Source: Candidatus Aminicenantes bacterium (GTDB taxonomy: Bacteria; Acidobacteriota; Aminicenantia; Aminicenantales; JAFGBC01). From it: 64,000 bases of DNA. Below are positions 46,992 to 56,573 of this stretch, piece after piece. Made by a program: the position numbers and the translations under genes. The notes below the pieces were generated by a model that made no database searches, was not told where the DNA came from, and saw nothing but the letters and a program-made list of their open reading frames with translations. The stretch covers positions 2,400,001 to 2,464,000 of the forward strand of contig OY969696.1 of assembly GCA_963702005.1 (NCBI GenBank), in the 5' to 3' direction. The first letter of the stretch is position 1. Each line of letters opens with the position of its first letter.

Positions 46992-48833
46992 ATGCCTCAA
47001 AGCAGGATATTCACGGTTTTTATCGCGGCGGCCGGGATTCTTCTGATCCAGCCGGGGGCTCGATTTTTATCCGCGGGGGAGGAAAGCGGCGGCGAACCCG
47101 CTGTCACCCTAATCAAAAACGTCAGGATCTTTGACGGGGAGCGCACCCTCGAGAAGGGGAGCGTCCTTTTCCGGGGCGGGACGATCGCCTCGGTCGGCCG
47201 AGACATCGCCGTCCCTCCCGGGGCCGAGGTCGTCGACGGAGCCGGGAAAACGCTCTTGCCCGGCCTCATCGATTCCCACGTCCATGCCTTCGGGAACGCC
47301 CTCGAACACGCCCTCGTATTCGGCGTCACGACCGAGATCGACATGTTCACGGACCTGGGCTTCCTCCGCGAGGCCAGGGCCCGCCAGGCCGAGGGGAAGA
47401 GCCTCGACCGCGCCGACATCGTCTCTTCGGGAACGCTGATCACGGCGCCGGGCGGGCATGGAACCGAATACGGCATCCCTATCCCGACTATCCGGAGCGC
47501 CGACGAAGCCCAAGCCTTCGTGGATGCCCGGATCGCCAAGGGGGCCGACTTCATCAAGATCATCTATGGACCGCCCCCTCCCACGATCGACCCCGCGACA
47601 TTGTCCGCCGTCATCGCGGCCGCTCATGCGCGGGGCAAGCTGGCCGCCGTCCATGCCCTGTCCTATGCGTCGGCCTTAGAGGCTGTCAAGGCGGGCGCCA
47701 ATATCCTGGCCCATGTCTTCGCTGATAAACCCCCCGAGGACGAATTCATCAAATTGGCCGTCAAGAACCATGTTGTCCTCATCCCGACGCTGACGGTAGT
47801 CGGGAGCTTGGCGGGTCGGCCCTTGGAGGACGGCTTCCTCAATGACCCGGGCCTCGAGCCTTTCCTGGCCCCGGCCGATATCGGCCAGTTCAAGCAGACG
47901 TTCCCGGCCGGCCTCGCCAAAGGGATCGACTACAATACGGCGCTGAAGACCGTCGGTATCTTGAGTTCGGCCGGCGTCCCGATTCTGGCGGGCACCGACG
48001 CATCCAATCCGGGGACGGTTCACGGGGCCAGCCTCCATCTCGAGCTCGAGAGGCTTGTCGCCGCCGGGCTTGCGCCGGCCCGGGCGCTCGCTGCGGCCAC
48101 GGCGGCCCCGGCCGCGGTCTTCAAGCTCAAGGACCGGGGCCGGATCGCGCCGGGTTTCCGCGCCGACCTGATCCTGGTCGCGGGAAACCCCCTCGAGGAC
48201 ATCCGGGCGACGCGCCGGATCGAAGGGATCTGGAAGACCGGCGTCCGGTTTGATCGGACCCCGTACCGGAACGAGGTCGAACGTCTGAGGGCCGAGGAGG
48301 CCAAGCAGAAAACGGCCGCGCCCCCGCTTGGTTCCGAGTCCGGACTCATCAGCGATTTCGAGGATGGAGCGACCGGTTCACGCTTCGGGTTGGGCTGGGC
48401 GGTCTCGACGGATCGCTACGCGGGGGGGAAATCGACGGCCGCCCTCAAGGTCGTCGAGGGCGGGGCGAACGGCAGCCGGCGCTCCCTGTCCGTTTCCGGT
48501 GAAGTCGCTCCCGGCCTTGCTTATGCCTGGAGCGGCGCCATCTTTTTCCCTTCTTCCGTCCCGTTCGCGCCGGCCAACCTGTCCCATAAAAAAGAGTTGG
48601 CCTTCTGGGCCAAGGGCGATATCAAGATCCTTGCGGTCATGGTCAACCTTAAGGACAAGGGATTCATCCCGCTGACCGTTCCGGTTACAATCGGAGCGGA
48701 CTGGCGGGAGTTCGCGATCCCCTTCACGGCGTTCGGAAACTCGGACGGCAGCAATATAACGGCCGTTTCGATCGCCGCGGGACCCGAGCCGGGGCCGTTC
48801 GCGTTCCAAATCGACGAGGTGAGGCTGAAATGA
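46992..48833 (+). CDS. Exported amidohydrolase fused to a C-terminal CIA30/CBM11-like domain
   Basis: PGLIDSHVH, AVHA, AGTDA, ADLILV; C-terminal ISDFEDG..STDRYAGGKS..FQIDEV. Confidence 0.8.
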   Translation: MPQSRIFTVFIAAAGILLIQPGARFLSAGEESGGEPAVTLIKNVRIFDGERTLEKGSVLFRGGTIASVGRDIAVPPGAEVVDGAGKTLLPGLIDSHVHAFGNALEHALVFGVTTEIDMFTDLGFLREARARQAEGKSLDRADIVSSGTLITAPGGHGTEYGIPIPTIRSADEAQAFVDARIAKGADFIKIIYGPPPPTIDPATLSAVIAAAHARGKLAAVHALSYASALEAVKAGANILAHVFADKPPEDEFIKLAVKNHVVLIPTLTVVGSLAGRPLEDGFLNDPGLEPFLAPADIGQFKQTFPAGLAKGIDYNTALKTVGILSSAGVPILAGTDASNPGTVHGASLHLELERLVAAGLAPARALAAATAAPAAVFKLKDRGRIAPGFRADLILVAGNPLEDIRATRRIEGIWKTGVRFDRTPYRNEVERLRAEEAKQKTAAPPLGSESGLISDFEDGATGSRFGLGWAVSTDRYAGGKSTAALKVVEGGANGSRRSLSVSGEVAPGLAYAWSGAIFFPSSVPFAPANLSHKKELAFWAKGDIKILAVMVNLKDKGFIPLTVPVTIGADWREFAIPFTAFGNSDGSNITAVSIAAGPEPGPFAFQIDEVRLK

Positions 48834-50299
48834 GAGCTCGACGAGCGGCCGCGCTGTTCGTCCTTCTTACCGTCGGGTTCGGCGCCGCATCCTGCGATTC
48901 CCGGGCGGCCTTGGCGCGGCGAAGGATCAAAGCCGTCGAGACCGGCCTGCTGCGCGCCGTGTTTTTTAAAGGCCAAAAACCCGAGGCCCTCAAGCTCCGC
49001 GACCGGATGGCCTTCTATCGCGTCCCGGCCGTCAGTATCGCCGTCGTCGACGGGCTTAATCTGGAATGGGCCGAAGCCTACGGGACGAAAATTGCGGGCG
49101 GCGCCGATCCCGTGTCGGCAGAGACCCTCTTCCAGGCCGGCGCGCTCAGCCAGCCTCCGGCGGCGGCCGCCGCCCTCCGCTTCGTCGAACAGGGCCGGCT
49201 CGGCCTCGACGCCGACGTCAATGCCGTCCTTCGCCGCTGGCGGATTCCCCGGACCGGCCTGACCGCCCGCGTTCCCGTGACGCTCGGCGGCGTGCTGAGC
49301 CACAGCGCGGGATTCGGGGAACTGGTTCTGGCCGGGACTGCGCCGGGCAGGCCCGGTCCGGACCTGCTTCAGGTCCTGAACGGGGAGCGGCCGGCCGGCA
49401 ATCCGGTCGTGCAGCCCGTGGTCGAGCCGGGGACGCGCGACCTCTTTTCAGAGTCGGGCTTCGCCGTCCTCGAGGAGATTCTGATCGAAGTCGACGAAAA
49501 GCCGTTTCCTGCTCTCATGAAAGAGACCATCCTGGATCCGGCCGGCATGTCCCGCAGCAGCTATGAATCGCCGCTTCCCGAAGCGTGGCGGAGTCGGGCC
49601 GCCTCGGGCCATCTCCGCGACGGCCGGATGATCGAAGGCGGCTGGCTGGATTATCCGGCGCTGGCCGCCAAGGGGCTTTGGACGACGCCGTCCGACCTGG
49701 CCGTCTTCGGAGCCGAGATCATGGAAGCGGCCATGGGCAAGCCGTCCCGGTTGCTGGGGGAGGCTGCCGCGAGGGCCATGCTGACGCCCCGGGCAGGCGT
49801 TCGCGGACTCGGGTTCGTCGTCGAAGGCCGCACGCGGGAGAGACTCCTGATCAGCCTCGAGGGACGGACCGATGGGTTCTCCTCGATGCTCGTCATGATC
49901 CCGGACAAAGGGCAGGCCGCCGTCGTCATGGCCAACAGCGATAACGGGGAATTCTTGATCGACGAGATCCTCCGGGCGCTGTCCGCGGCTTACCGTTGGC
50001 CCTATTTCAAGCCCGAGGAGAAGCCCCTCTATCGGCTCGACCCGGCCGTCATCCGCGACTACCTGGGGCGCTTTCGGATCACGCCCCAGTCTATTCTGGA
50101 GGTCGCCGCCGAGGACCCCTGCCTCGTCATCGCGCCGACCGGCCAAGCCAAAACCAAGTTCTACGCGGACAGCGAGTCCGTCTTCTTCTCGATCGATCCG
50201 CCCGCCCGGGTCCGCTTCCAAAGGGACGCGGCCGGCCGGGTCGACCGGCTGATTCTGATCCAAGGCCGTTCCATCCAGGAAGCCCTCCGGATCGACTGA
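48830..50299 (+). CDS. AmpC/beta-lactamase-fold lipoprotein with degenerate catalytic motifs
   Basis: VPAVSIAV, LSHSAG, GLWTTPSDLA, MANSD; SxxK position reads ALSQ. Confidence 0.78.
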   Translation: MRARRAAALFVLLTVGFGAASCDSRAALARRRIKAVETGLLRAVFFKGQKPEALKLRDRMAFYRVPAVSIAVVDGLNLEWAEAYGTKIAGGADPVSAETLFQAGALSQPPAAAAALRFVEQGRLGLDADVNAVLRRWRIPRTGLTARVPVTLGGVLSHSAGFGELVLAGTAPGRPGPDLLQVLNGERPAGNPVVQPVVEPGTRDLFSESGFAVLEEILIEVDEKPFPALMKETILDPAGMSRSSYESPLPEAWRSRAASGHLRDGRMIEGGWLDYPALAAKGLWTTPSDLAVFGAEIMEAAMGKPSRLLGEAAARAMLTPRAGVRGLGFVVEGRTRERLLISLEGRTDGFSSMLVMIPDKGQAAVVMANSDNGEFLIDEILRALSAAYRWPYFKPEEKPLYRLDPAVIRDYLGRFRITPQSILEVAAEDPCLVIAPTGQAKTKFYADSESVFFSIDPPARVRFQRDAAGRVDRLILIQGRSIQEALRID

Positions 50300-50327
50300 G
50301 ACCGCATTTCCACAGATAAAAATTTTA

Positions 50328-50409
50328 TACTAAGGCTTTAAAAGCGGATCTGAAGCGACCAGCGTTAAAAACCCGAAGGGGAGCGAAGACCGCTTTTAAA
50401 GCCTTAGTA
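50328..50409. repeat. 82-bp MITE-like element with perfect 20-bp terminal inverted repeats
   Basis: TACTAAGGCTTTAAAAGCGG (50328-50347) and CCGCTTTTAAAGCCTTAGTA (50390-50409). Confidence 0.75.
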
Positions 50410-50484
50410 CTACGGGCTTGCCCCGCGAAGGCCGCTGGACTACAATGATCGTCCCGGATCGTCGGTTCGGACCGTGAGGTTTCC

Positions 50485-51249
50485 ATGAAAGCTCATTCCG
50501 TGGCGTTGCTTGGGGCGCTGGCCATCGGCCTGGCCGCCTGCGCGTCCGCTCCCAAGGCGCCCGCCCTGGACAACGAGAAGAATCCCCAGTATCAGTACGA
50601 TAAGGCCGTCATCTCCATGAACTACGGTCTCCCCGAGGAAGCCCTCCGCTACCTCGATCAGACCCTCGCTCTCGATCCCAGGTTCGCCAAAGCCCATCGG
50701 CTCAAGGGGATCATCCGCCTCCAGAATAAAGAGCCGGCGCTGGCCGCCGAGGCCTTCGCCCGATGGCTGGAGGTCGATCCCGGCTCCTCCGAAGGCCACC
50801 TCTATCTGGGGACGGCTTGCCAAGAGATGGGAGAGAGCGACCGGGCGGAGGCGGAATTCCGGGCTTCGTTCGAGGTCGACGGCAACGCCCCGGCCGCGTT
50901 CCGGCTCGGCAGGCTCCTGCTGGGGAAAGGGGACCTCGCCAAAGCTCTCGAGTACGCCGACCGCGCGATCGAGAAGGCGGGCAAGGAGAGCGACGGCTAC
51001 AACCTCAAGGGCGTCATCCTCAACCAGACGGGGCGCTACCCCGAGGCCGTCGCGAGCTTCCAGGCGGCCCTCGCCCTGGCCCCCAACGATCCCAGCCTCA
51101 TGGTCAATTTGGGCATCGCCTTCATCAACAACGGCGCGCACGATAAGGCCCGGACGCTGTTCGAGAAGGCCCTGCCGCTCCTCAAGGACCCGGCGCTCAG
51201 GGATAAGGTCCAGAATTACCTGAAGATGATCGACGGCCGGAAGACCTGA
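50485..51249 (+). CDS. TPR-repeat lipoprotein
   Basis: Lipobox LAAC; about six TPR motifs. Confidence 0.82.
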   Translation: MKAHSVALLGALAIGLAACASAPKAPALDNEKNPQYQYDKAVISMNYGLPEEALRYLDQTLALDPRFAKAHRLKGIIRLQNKEPALAAEAFARWLEVDPGSSEGHLYLGTACQEMGESDRAEAEFRASFEVDGNAPAAFRLGRLLLGKGDLAKALEYADRAIEKAGKESDGYNLKGVILNQTGRYPEAVASFQAALALAPNDPSLMVNLGIAFINNGAHDKARTLFEKALPLLKDPALRDKVQNYLKMIDGRKT

Positions 51250-51273
51250 GGGCGGCGCCGGCGGGGGGCCGGG

Positions 51274-52335
51274 TCAGTCGGCCCGGACAAGCGTCAAACG
51301 AACTTTCCGTTGTTTGTCGTCCCGAACGACCGTCAGAGTCACGACATCGCCGATCTGGCGGTTGTCGAGCGCCGAATAGAGATCGTCGTAGGAATGAACG
51401 GGGGCGCCGTCGACGGCCGTGATGACGTCCCTGATGTAGAGCTGTCCCTGGTTGTCGCGCCCGAGTCCGCGCAACCCGGCCCGGTAAGCTTCGCCGTTTT
51501 CGGGCAATCCGCGGATGATGACGCCGTCGATCCCGGCCCGCCGGGCATAGCGGTCGTCCAGCGGGGTGACGCCGATCCAGGGCCGGATGACCTTGCCGAA
51601 GCGGATGATCTCGGGGACGATCTTCTTGACCGTGTCGACCGGGACGGCGAACCCGATCCCGCTCGAGGCGCCCGACGGGGAGATGATCATCGTGTTCATC
51701 CCGATCAGGGCGCCCGTCGAATCGAGGAGAGGGCCGCCCGAGTTCCCGGGGTTGATCGAGGCGTCGGTCTGGATCATGTCCCGGATCGTGACGCCCCCCG
51801 CGCCCGGCATGCTCCGGCCCAGGGCGCTGACGATGCCGGTGGTGACCGTGTGGTCGAAGCCGAAGGGATTCCCGATGGCGATGACCTTCTGCCCGACCTG
51901 GAGGTCCTTCGAGGATCCGGCCCGAACGGGGAAGAGGGCCGACCGATCTCCTTCGATGAGGAGGACGGCTATGTCCTTGTTGGGCTCCTTGCCGATGAGC
52001 CGGGCCCGCCGTTCCTGCTGGTTGGGAAGGGTCACGTTGAAAATGTCGCCGTCCTCGATGACATGATAATTCGTGACGATGTGCCCCTGGTCGTCCCAGA
52101 CGAAGCCGGACCCGCTGCCGCGCGGGACCTCCTCCTCGGACGAATAGAAGAAGTCGCGGACGAGCTGGATGTTCGTGACGAAGACCACGGAGTTCTGGAG
52201 CCGCTTGACGACCTCGATCGTGTTGCGCTCATCCTCGGTCAAGGCTGCCTGGGACAGGAGCGGGCCTGCCAAGAGCGCGAGCCCGGCGGCCGACAGGATG
52301 ACCACGACAATTAAGCGTGCTTGTTTGGATCTCAT
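51274..52335 (-). CDS. HtrA/HhoA-type trypsin-like serine protease with one PDZ domain
   Basis: GSGSGF, VTNYHV, DIAVL, IGNPFG, IQTDASINPGNSGGPL. Confidence 0.92.
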   Translation of the reverse strand: MRSKQARLIVVVILSAAGLALLAGPLLSQAALTEDERNTIEVVKRLQNSVVFVTNIQLVRDFFYSSEEEVPRGSGSGFVWDDQGHIVTNYHVIEDGDIFNVTLPNQQERRARLIGKEPNKDIAVLLIEGDRSALFPVRAGSSKDLQVGQKVIAIGNPFGFDHTVTTGIVSALGRSMPGAGGVTIRDMIQTDASINPGNSGGPLLDSTGALIGMNTMIISPSGASSGIGFAVPVDTVKKIVPEIIRFGKVIRPWIGVTPLDDRYARRAGIDGVIIRGLPENGEAYRAGLRGLGRDNQGQLYIRDVITAVDGAPVHSYDDLYSALDNRQIGDVVTLTVVRDDKQRKVRLTLVRAD

Positions 52336-52444
52336 GATGAAGTTAGCCTCTCAGCGAAACTGTAGCGGAAAGCAAGGCTCTTGACAAGACACCTTGCTTC
52401 CCAGGGGCCGGACGGCCCCCGCATTCGCGCGCCGGACGCGGATC

Positions 52445-55400
52445 TCAGCGGATGATCCGATAGACCTCCCGCCAGGACTTGATCTTGAGGTTGCTCTGGG
52501 CCACGATCGGCTGGGCCAGGACCTGGCTGGGCGGCTCAGGGCCTCCTCCCTCGCCGGGCTGCGTGTAGCTCTGGATGAAAACCTCGCGTTTGGTTTCGGT
52601 CCCGACTTTGGTGGATGTCCCGATCGTAACGGCCGAGCGAACCTTCTGGAGGGTGGCCAGTGACGCGATCGCCTGTCCGTTGACGTCGGTCAGGGCCGAG
52701 CTTCCCGCCCGCGACCCGGTCGTGTACCGGGCATAGATCTGGCCCGATCCGCTCAGGGTCAAGCAGGGGTTGATGTTCTCGATCGAGCCGTTGACCGTGG
52801 CGATGTAGACGATGCCGTCGGAAATGATGTCGTCGGCCCAGACTTTCTCGCCGGTGGCGAAGGTGCCTTGCTTGAGGCCGGCGTTAATGCCCAGGCCGGC
52901 CGCGTAGGCGTCGGTCCCGATGAACCATTCGACGGTCTGGACGCCGCCGGCGTCCCGGAGGGCGGTGAAGGAGTAGTCCGCGACCGCCGAGGCTTTTTCG
53001 TCGCCGCCCGTCCCGAAGTAGAGGTGGACGGAATGGTCCGAGGCGGAGAAGGAGATAGCCGGCTTGGTGACGATGGGGTAGTTGAAGGGATCTGCGTAAA
53101 TGACTTCCGGCTTCCAGCGGTTTGGGGCGTCGGATACGTCGATCTTCCAGATCCGTCCCAGCAGGTCCCCGAAATAGACGGCCTCGACCGCCCCGTCGTT
53201 ATTCGTGTCGGCCAGGGCCGGCGAACCCGGGATCGTGTCCTGAATGCCGAACGGACTGGCCGGCTCTGGATTTTTCCTGATTTCATCGTTGTAGAGGACC
53301 GCGCCGTTCTCGATATCCACGCAGTAGAAGTGGTTGCCCAGGTTGACGCTCGGGTCGCCGTCCGTGTCGTAGCCCGACCCGAAGAAGGCGACCCAGCGGC
53401 CCGTCGAGGGGAGCCTGCCGATGGCCGGCACCGACCAGGTTTCGCCGGTCGAGTCGGGATCGTTGAACTCCCAGAGGGGCTCGGGCGAGCTGGGGTCGGT
53501 CACATCGATACAGAAGTAATACCAGCCGTGGTCTTTGCCCCAGCCGGGCCCTTGCCCGCAGACGACCACGGTATGCCAGGCGTTGCCGAAGTAGACGTCG
53601 TGAATGGCGGGCGTCCCGTCGACGAAGTAGTGGTGGAAGAGGTATTCTCCGCAGTCCGGGTCCACGATCCGCATCTTCTTGAGCTTGTAGAGGAGGTTGT
53701 TGGGGATGAAGGCCCACTGCTCCTCGAGGGTCGCCGGATGGAAGCAGTGGAGCATGCCGTCGTTGGCTCCGACCAGGATCGAGCGGGGTCGGTCGGCGTG
53801 GCTTGTCTTGAAATCGTCGTAGCCGTCCCCCATCAGAGAGGGGATTCCGGAGGGCGCTTCCAGGACCTGGGGTGAGGAATGGTTGATGTCGCCGAGCTTC
53901 CAGCTCCGGTTCCGGCCCAGGACGAACCTGATCAGGGGTTGGGTTTCGGGGCTTCCGATACCCAGGCCGAGGTAGGGCTCGAGGGCGCTGGCCTCGGAAA
54001 CGTTGAAGTCGATGCGGTCGTTCATGATTCCGTCGACGTCCGCTGCATGGGCCGTGAAGACCTGTCGGCCGTCCCAGGAGGTCGCGGCTAGGACCTCGCC
54101 GGCGTCCTCGACGTAGCTGGCCCCGGCATTCTTGATCTCCTGGATGGTCGAACCCCGCTGATTGGTCAGGGTTATATTGGTCATATCCCAGGAGCGGAGA
54201 TGGCCGCGCCAGGAGGGGAACTCGAAGGACGCGGCAAAGAGGACTTCTTCGTTTCCATTGTGACCGCTGTCGACTTCGGCATACGTGAAGGCATGCGATG
54301 TCCGCGAATATTCCCGTTTGTTAAGGTATTTATAATCGATCCGAATATGGACGATCCGGGGCGTTTTCGTTTCATCCGATGTGGTCAGGACGGCCTTCCA
54401 GCGGAGGAACCAGCCGGGGCTCTGGAACATGAATTCCGTCCCGGCGGTTACCGGACCTTCCCACAGGGGATTGCCGTTCTCGTCGTTGCTGTTGGACATA
54501 TAATAGGTAATCGTCGTCCCGGACGGATGGCTGTCCGACGAGGTCAACGTTGCCGCGACGACGGCGTGATCGGACGTCACGAACGAGCAGGGGAGGAGGT
54601 TGATCGAATAGACCGACCCATGGTCGACGTAGAGGGGGTAGGTGTCGTTCATGACGAAGTAGGTGTTATGGGAGTCGTTTCCGTCGGCGATGAAAAAGTC
54701 ATAGTCCCCGTCATCGTCGTAGTCGCCGACGGCGAGAGAATCGAGGTCGCCCGAGTTCGAGATCTGGCTGCAGCTGGAAGGGACGCAGCCGCTGGTCAAG
54801 GTGTTGGTTCCGTCGTTTTTGAACCAGTAACAATAGCCGCCGGGCGTGTTATACCCGGCCGCGCCGTCGGTCGAAAGCAGGAGGTCCGGGAAGCCGTCGC
54901 TGTTGAAATCGGCCGCGCCCAGCGAGGAACACGAGCCGTGATTCTGCGGGATTTGAATAGTCTTGCTGCTGACTTTGGTGAAGTTCCCCAATCCGTCGTT
55001 CCTGTAGAAGTAGACGTCGCGGGACTGGGAAGACCCGCAGTAAAAATCGAGGTCTCCGTCCCCGTCGAAGTCGGCGGCGGCGACGCCCGTGACGCCGTTC
55101 CGATAATTGGAATTATTCGGATAGGGGTTGATGGAGGTTGAAAGACGGGAGAAGACGCCAAGGCCGTTGTTGATGAAGATGACGACTTCGCCATATCGGG
55201 CCGTCGCCCAGCGAGAGCCGATCGCGACGATGAGGTCCAGGTCGCCGTCGCCGTCGATATCGACCGATTGGATGCTGCTGTTCCACCGCCAGTGGTCGGT
55301 CGTTTGCCCGAATTCTCCCATCGAGTCGTTAATGACGTTTCCCAGGTCGGCGCTCGGCGTCGCAGAGAAGACGGGCGTACCGCCGGGCGTGAGGTGGTTC

Positions 55401-56020
55401 TCGATGAAGAGGTTCTTGAACATGAGGAGCCGTCCATTCCAGGTCAGGACGACGATGTCCGCGTCGCCGTCCTTGTCGTAGTCTCCGGCGCCGCAGTCAA
55501 GAAGCTCATAGGTCGCGTAGGTCGTGTTCGTCTTGGAGTTGTAGATGAGATAATAAGGACCCTCGAACTTGAATCGGGTCGAGTCGTTCGGATCCACTCC
55601 TCTGGAAACGAAGAACGAAATATTGGAATCGGAGTCGTTCGTGTTCCCCAGGCCCGAGGTCGTGTTGTAGTCCGTTTGCATTCCGCCCTGGACGAGGTCG
55701 GGGTAGCCGTCGTTATTGAAATCGGCGGAGGCGGCCGAGAGCCGCATGTTGGACGAGACGCCGTAGTCCCCCCCGGGCAGGAAGTTCGCGCCCTTTTCCT
55801 TGAGCCGGAGGTCGAGGTTTCCGCTGTGCTGGTCGATCGCGATCCCCTGCATGTTGTTGGGGTCGTTGATGTTGATCGTGACCGGGTTGTTCCCGTTGCT
55901 GTAGCCGGTGATGTGATCGCTGTCCGTCGTGCAGCTGGCCACCTGGGCTTTGGCCTTTAGGAAGAAGACCGCCGCCGCGACGATTATCAGGCCGGCGAAA
56001 ATGCAAATGGATTTTTTCAT
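52445..56020 (-). CDS. pilY1: PilY1/PilC-like pilus tip adhesin with N-terminal FG-GAP repeats
   Basis: C-terminal PilY1 propeller motifs KLGDINHSSP, VGANDGMLHCF, EQWAFIP, YFVDGTP, LWEF, GETWSVP, FGSGY, YFGDLLGRIWKID, YFGTG. Six DxxxDG-type repeats N-terminally. Follows the minor pilins. Confidence 0.82.
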   Translation of the reverse strand: MKKSICIFAGLIIVAAAVFFLKAKAQVASCTTDSDHITGYSNGNNPVTININDPNNMQGIAIDQHSGNLDLRLKEKGANFLPGGDYGVSSNMRLSAASADFNNDGYPDLVQGGMQTDYNTTSGLGNTNDSDSNISFFVSRGVDPNDSTRFKFEGPYYLIYNSKTNTTYATYELLDCGAGDYDKDGDADIVVLTWNGRLLMFKNLFIENHLTPGGTPVFSATPSADLGNVINDSMGEFGQTTDHWRWNSSIQSVDIDGDGDLDLIVAIGSRWATARYGEVVIFINNGLGVFSRLSTSINPYPNNSNYRNGVTGVAAADFDGDGDLDFYCGSSQSRDVYFYRNDGLGNFTKVSSKTIQIPQNHGSCSSLGAADFNSDGFPDLLLSTDGAAGYNTPGGYCYWFKNDGTNTLTSGCVPSSCSQISNSGDLDSLAVGDYDDDGDYDFFIADGNDSHNTYFVMNDTYPLYVDHGSVYSINLLPCSFVTSDHAVVAATLTSSDSHPSGTTITYYMSNSNDENGNPLWEGPVTAGTEFMFQSPGWFLRWKAVLTTSDETKTPRIVHIRIDYKYLNKREYSRTSHAFTYAEVDSGHNGNEEVLFAASFEFPSWRGHLRSWDMTNITLTNQRGSTIQEIKNAGASYVEDAGEVLAATSWDGRQVFTAHAADVDGIMNDRIDFNVSEASALEPYLGLGIGSPETQPLIRFVLGRNRSWKLGDINHSSPQVLEAPSGIPSLMGDGYDDFKTSHADRPRSILVGANDGMLHCFHPATLEEQWAFIPNNLLYKLKKMRIVDPDCGEYLFHHYFVDGTPAIHDVYFGNAWHTVVVCGQGPGWGKDHGWYYFCIDVTDPSSPEPLWEFNDPDSTGETWSVPAIGRLPSTGRWVAFFGSGYDTDGDPSVNLGNHFYCVDIENGAVLYNDEIRKNPEPASPFGIQDTIPGSPALADTNNDGAVEAVYFGDLLGRIWKIDVSDAPNRWKPEVIYADPFNYPIVTKPAISFSASDHSVHLYFGTGGDEKASAVADYSFTALRDAGGVQTVEWFIGTDAYAAGLGINAGLKQGTFATGEKVWADDIISDGIVYIATVNGSIENINPCLTLSGSGQIYARYTTGSRAGSSALTDVNGQAIASLATLQKVRSAVTIGTSTKVGTETKREVFIQSYTQPGEGGGPEPPSQVLAQPIVAQSNLKIKSWREVYRIIR

Positions 56021-56032
56021 GGTCGTATCCCC

Positions 56033-56563
56033 TTACTGGAGTGCGATTTCGACTTCGATGCGGGCGTAGCTGTTCCGGGGCCCGCGGCCGATCGAGACCA
56101 GGATGCAGTCCGTCGCGTCCGGCGTGCCCTGGGCTTCATCGTTGATCAGGAAGACCGTGTAGCTGAACCGGGTGTCGCCCGGCATGGCCTGGTCGGCGAA
56201 CAGCTCGTTTTCGGAGTTGACCTTGACGTCGGCGACGATCTGCTGGTCGGTCAAGCGGCGGAAATAGTTCGCGTTGAGCGGGTCGTCGAGCCCGGAGGCC
56301 CCGCCGTAGGTCGTCCTGTACAAGGTCGAGAAGTCCGAGATGATCCCGCCGCTGAGCTGGTTTTTGATCTGTAGCCAAGCGGAGTCGAACCCCGCCTCGG
56401 CCGCTTCCAGCGCTTGCTGCTGGAGCCGGACGTTCCCGGCGACCTCGGGGCCAGTCTGGGTTACAGCGATGACGGTCAAGCCGACGGCCAGCAGGAAGGC
56501 GAGGACGAGGATGACGATGATCAGGCCCATGCCTTTCCGGAAGTTGGGTTTTATTCGTCTCAT
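56033..56563 (-). CDS. pilX: PilX-like minor pilin
   Basis: KG|MGLIIVIL without Glu5; GN..QALEAAEAG. Confidence 0.72.
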   Translation of the reverse strand: MRRIKPNFRKGMGLIIVILVLAFLLAVGLTVIAVTQTGPEVAGNVRLQQQALEAAEAGFDSAWLQIKNQLSGGIISDFSTLYRTTYGGASGLDDPLNANYFRRLTDQQIVADVKVNSENELFADQAMPGDTRFSYTVFLINDEAQGTPDATDCILVSIGRGPRNSYARIEVEIALQ

Positions 56564-56573
56564 GGCGGCCTCT

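Noticed and set aside
50485-51249. TPR lipoprotein as the pilus pilotin (PilF/Tgl)
   Set aside because: Size and lipobox fit, but it is on the opposite strand, separated from the pilin genes by a protease gene, and TPR motifs are not specific.
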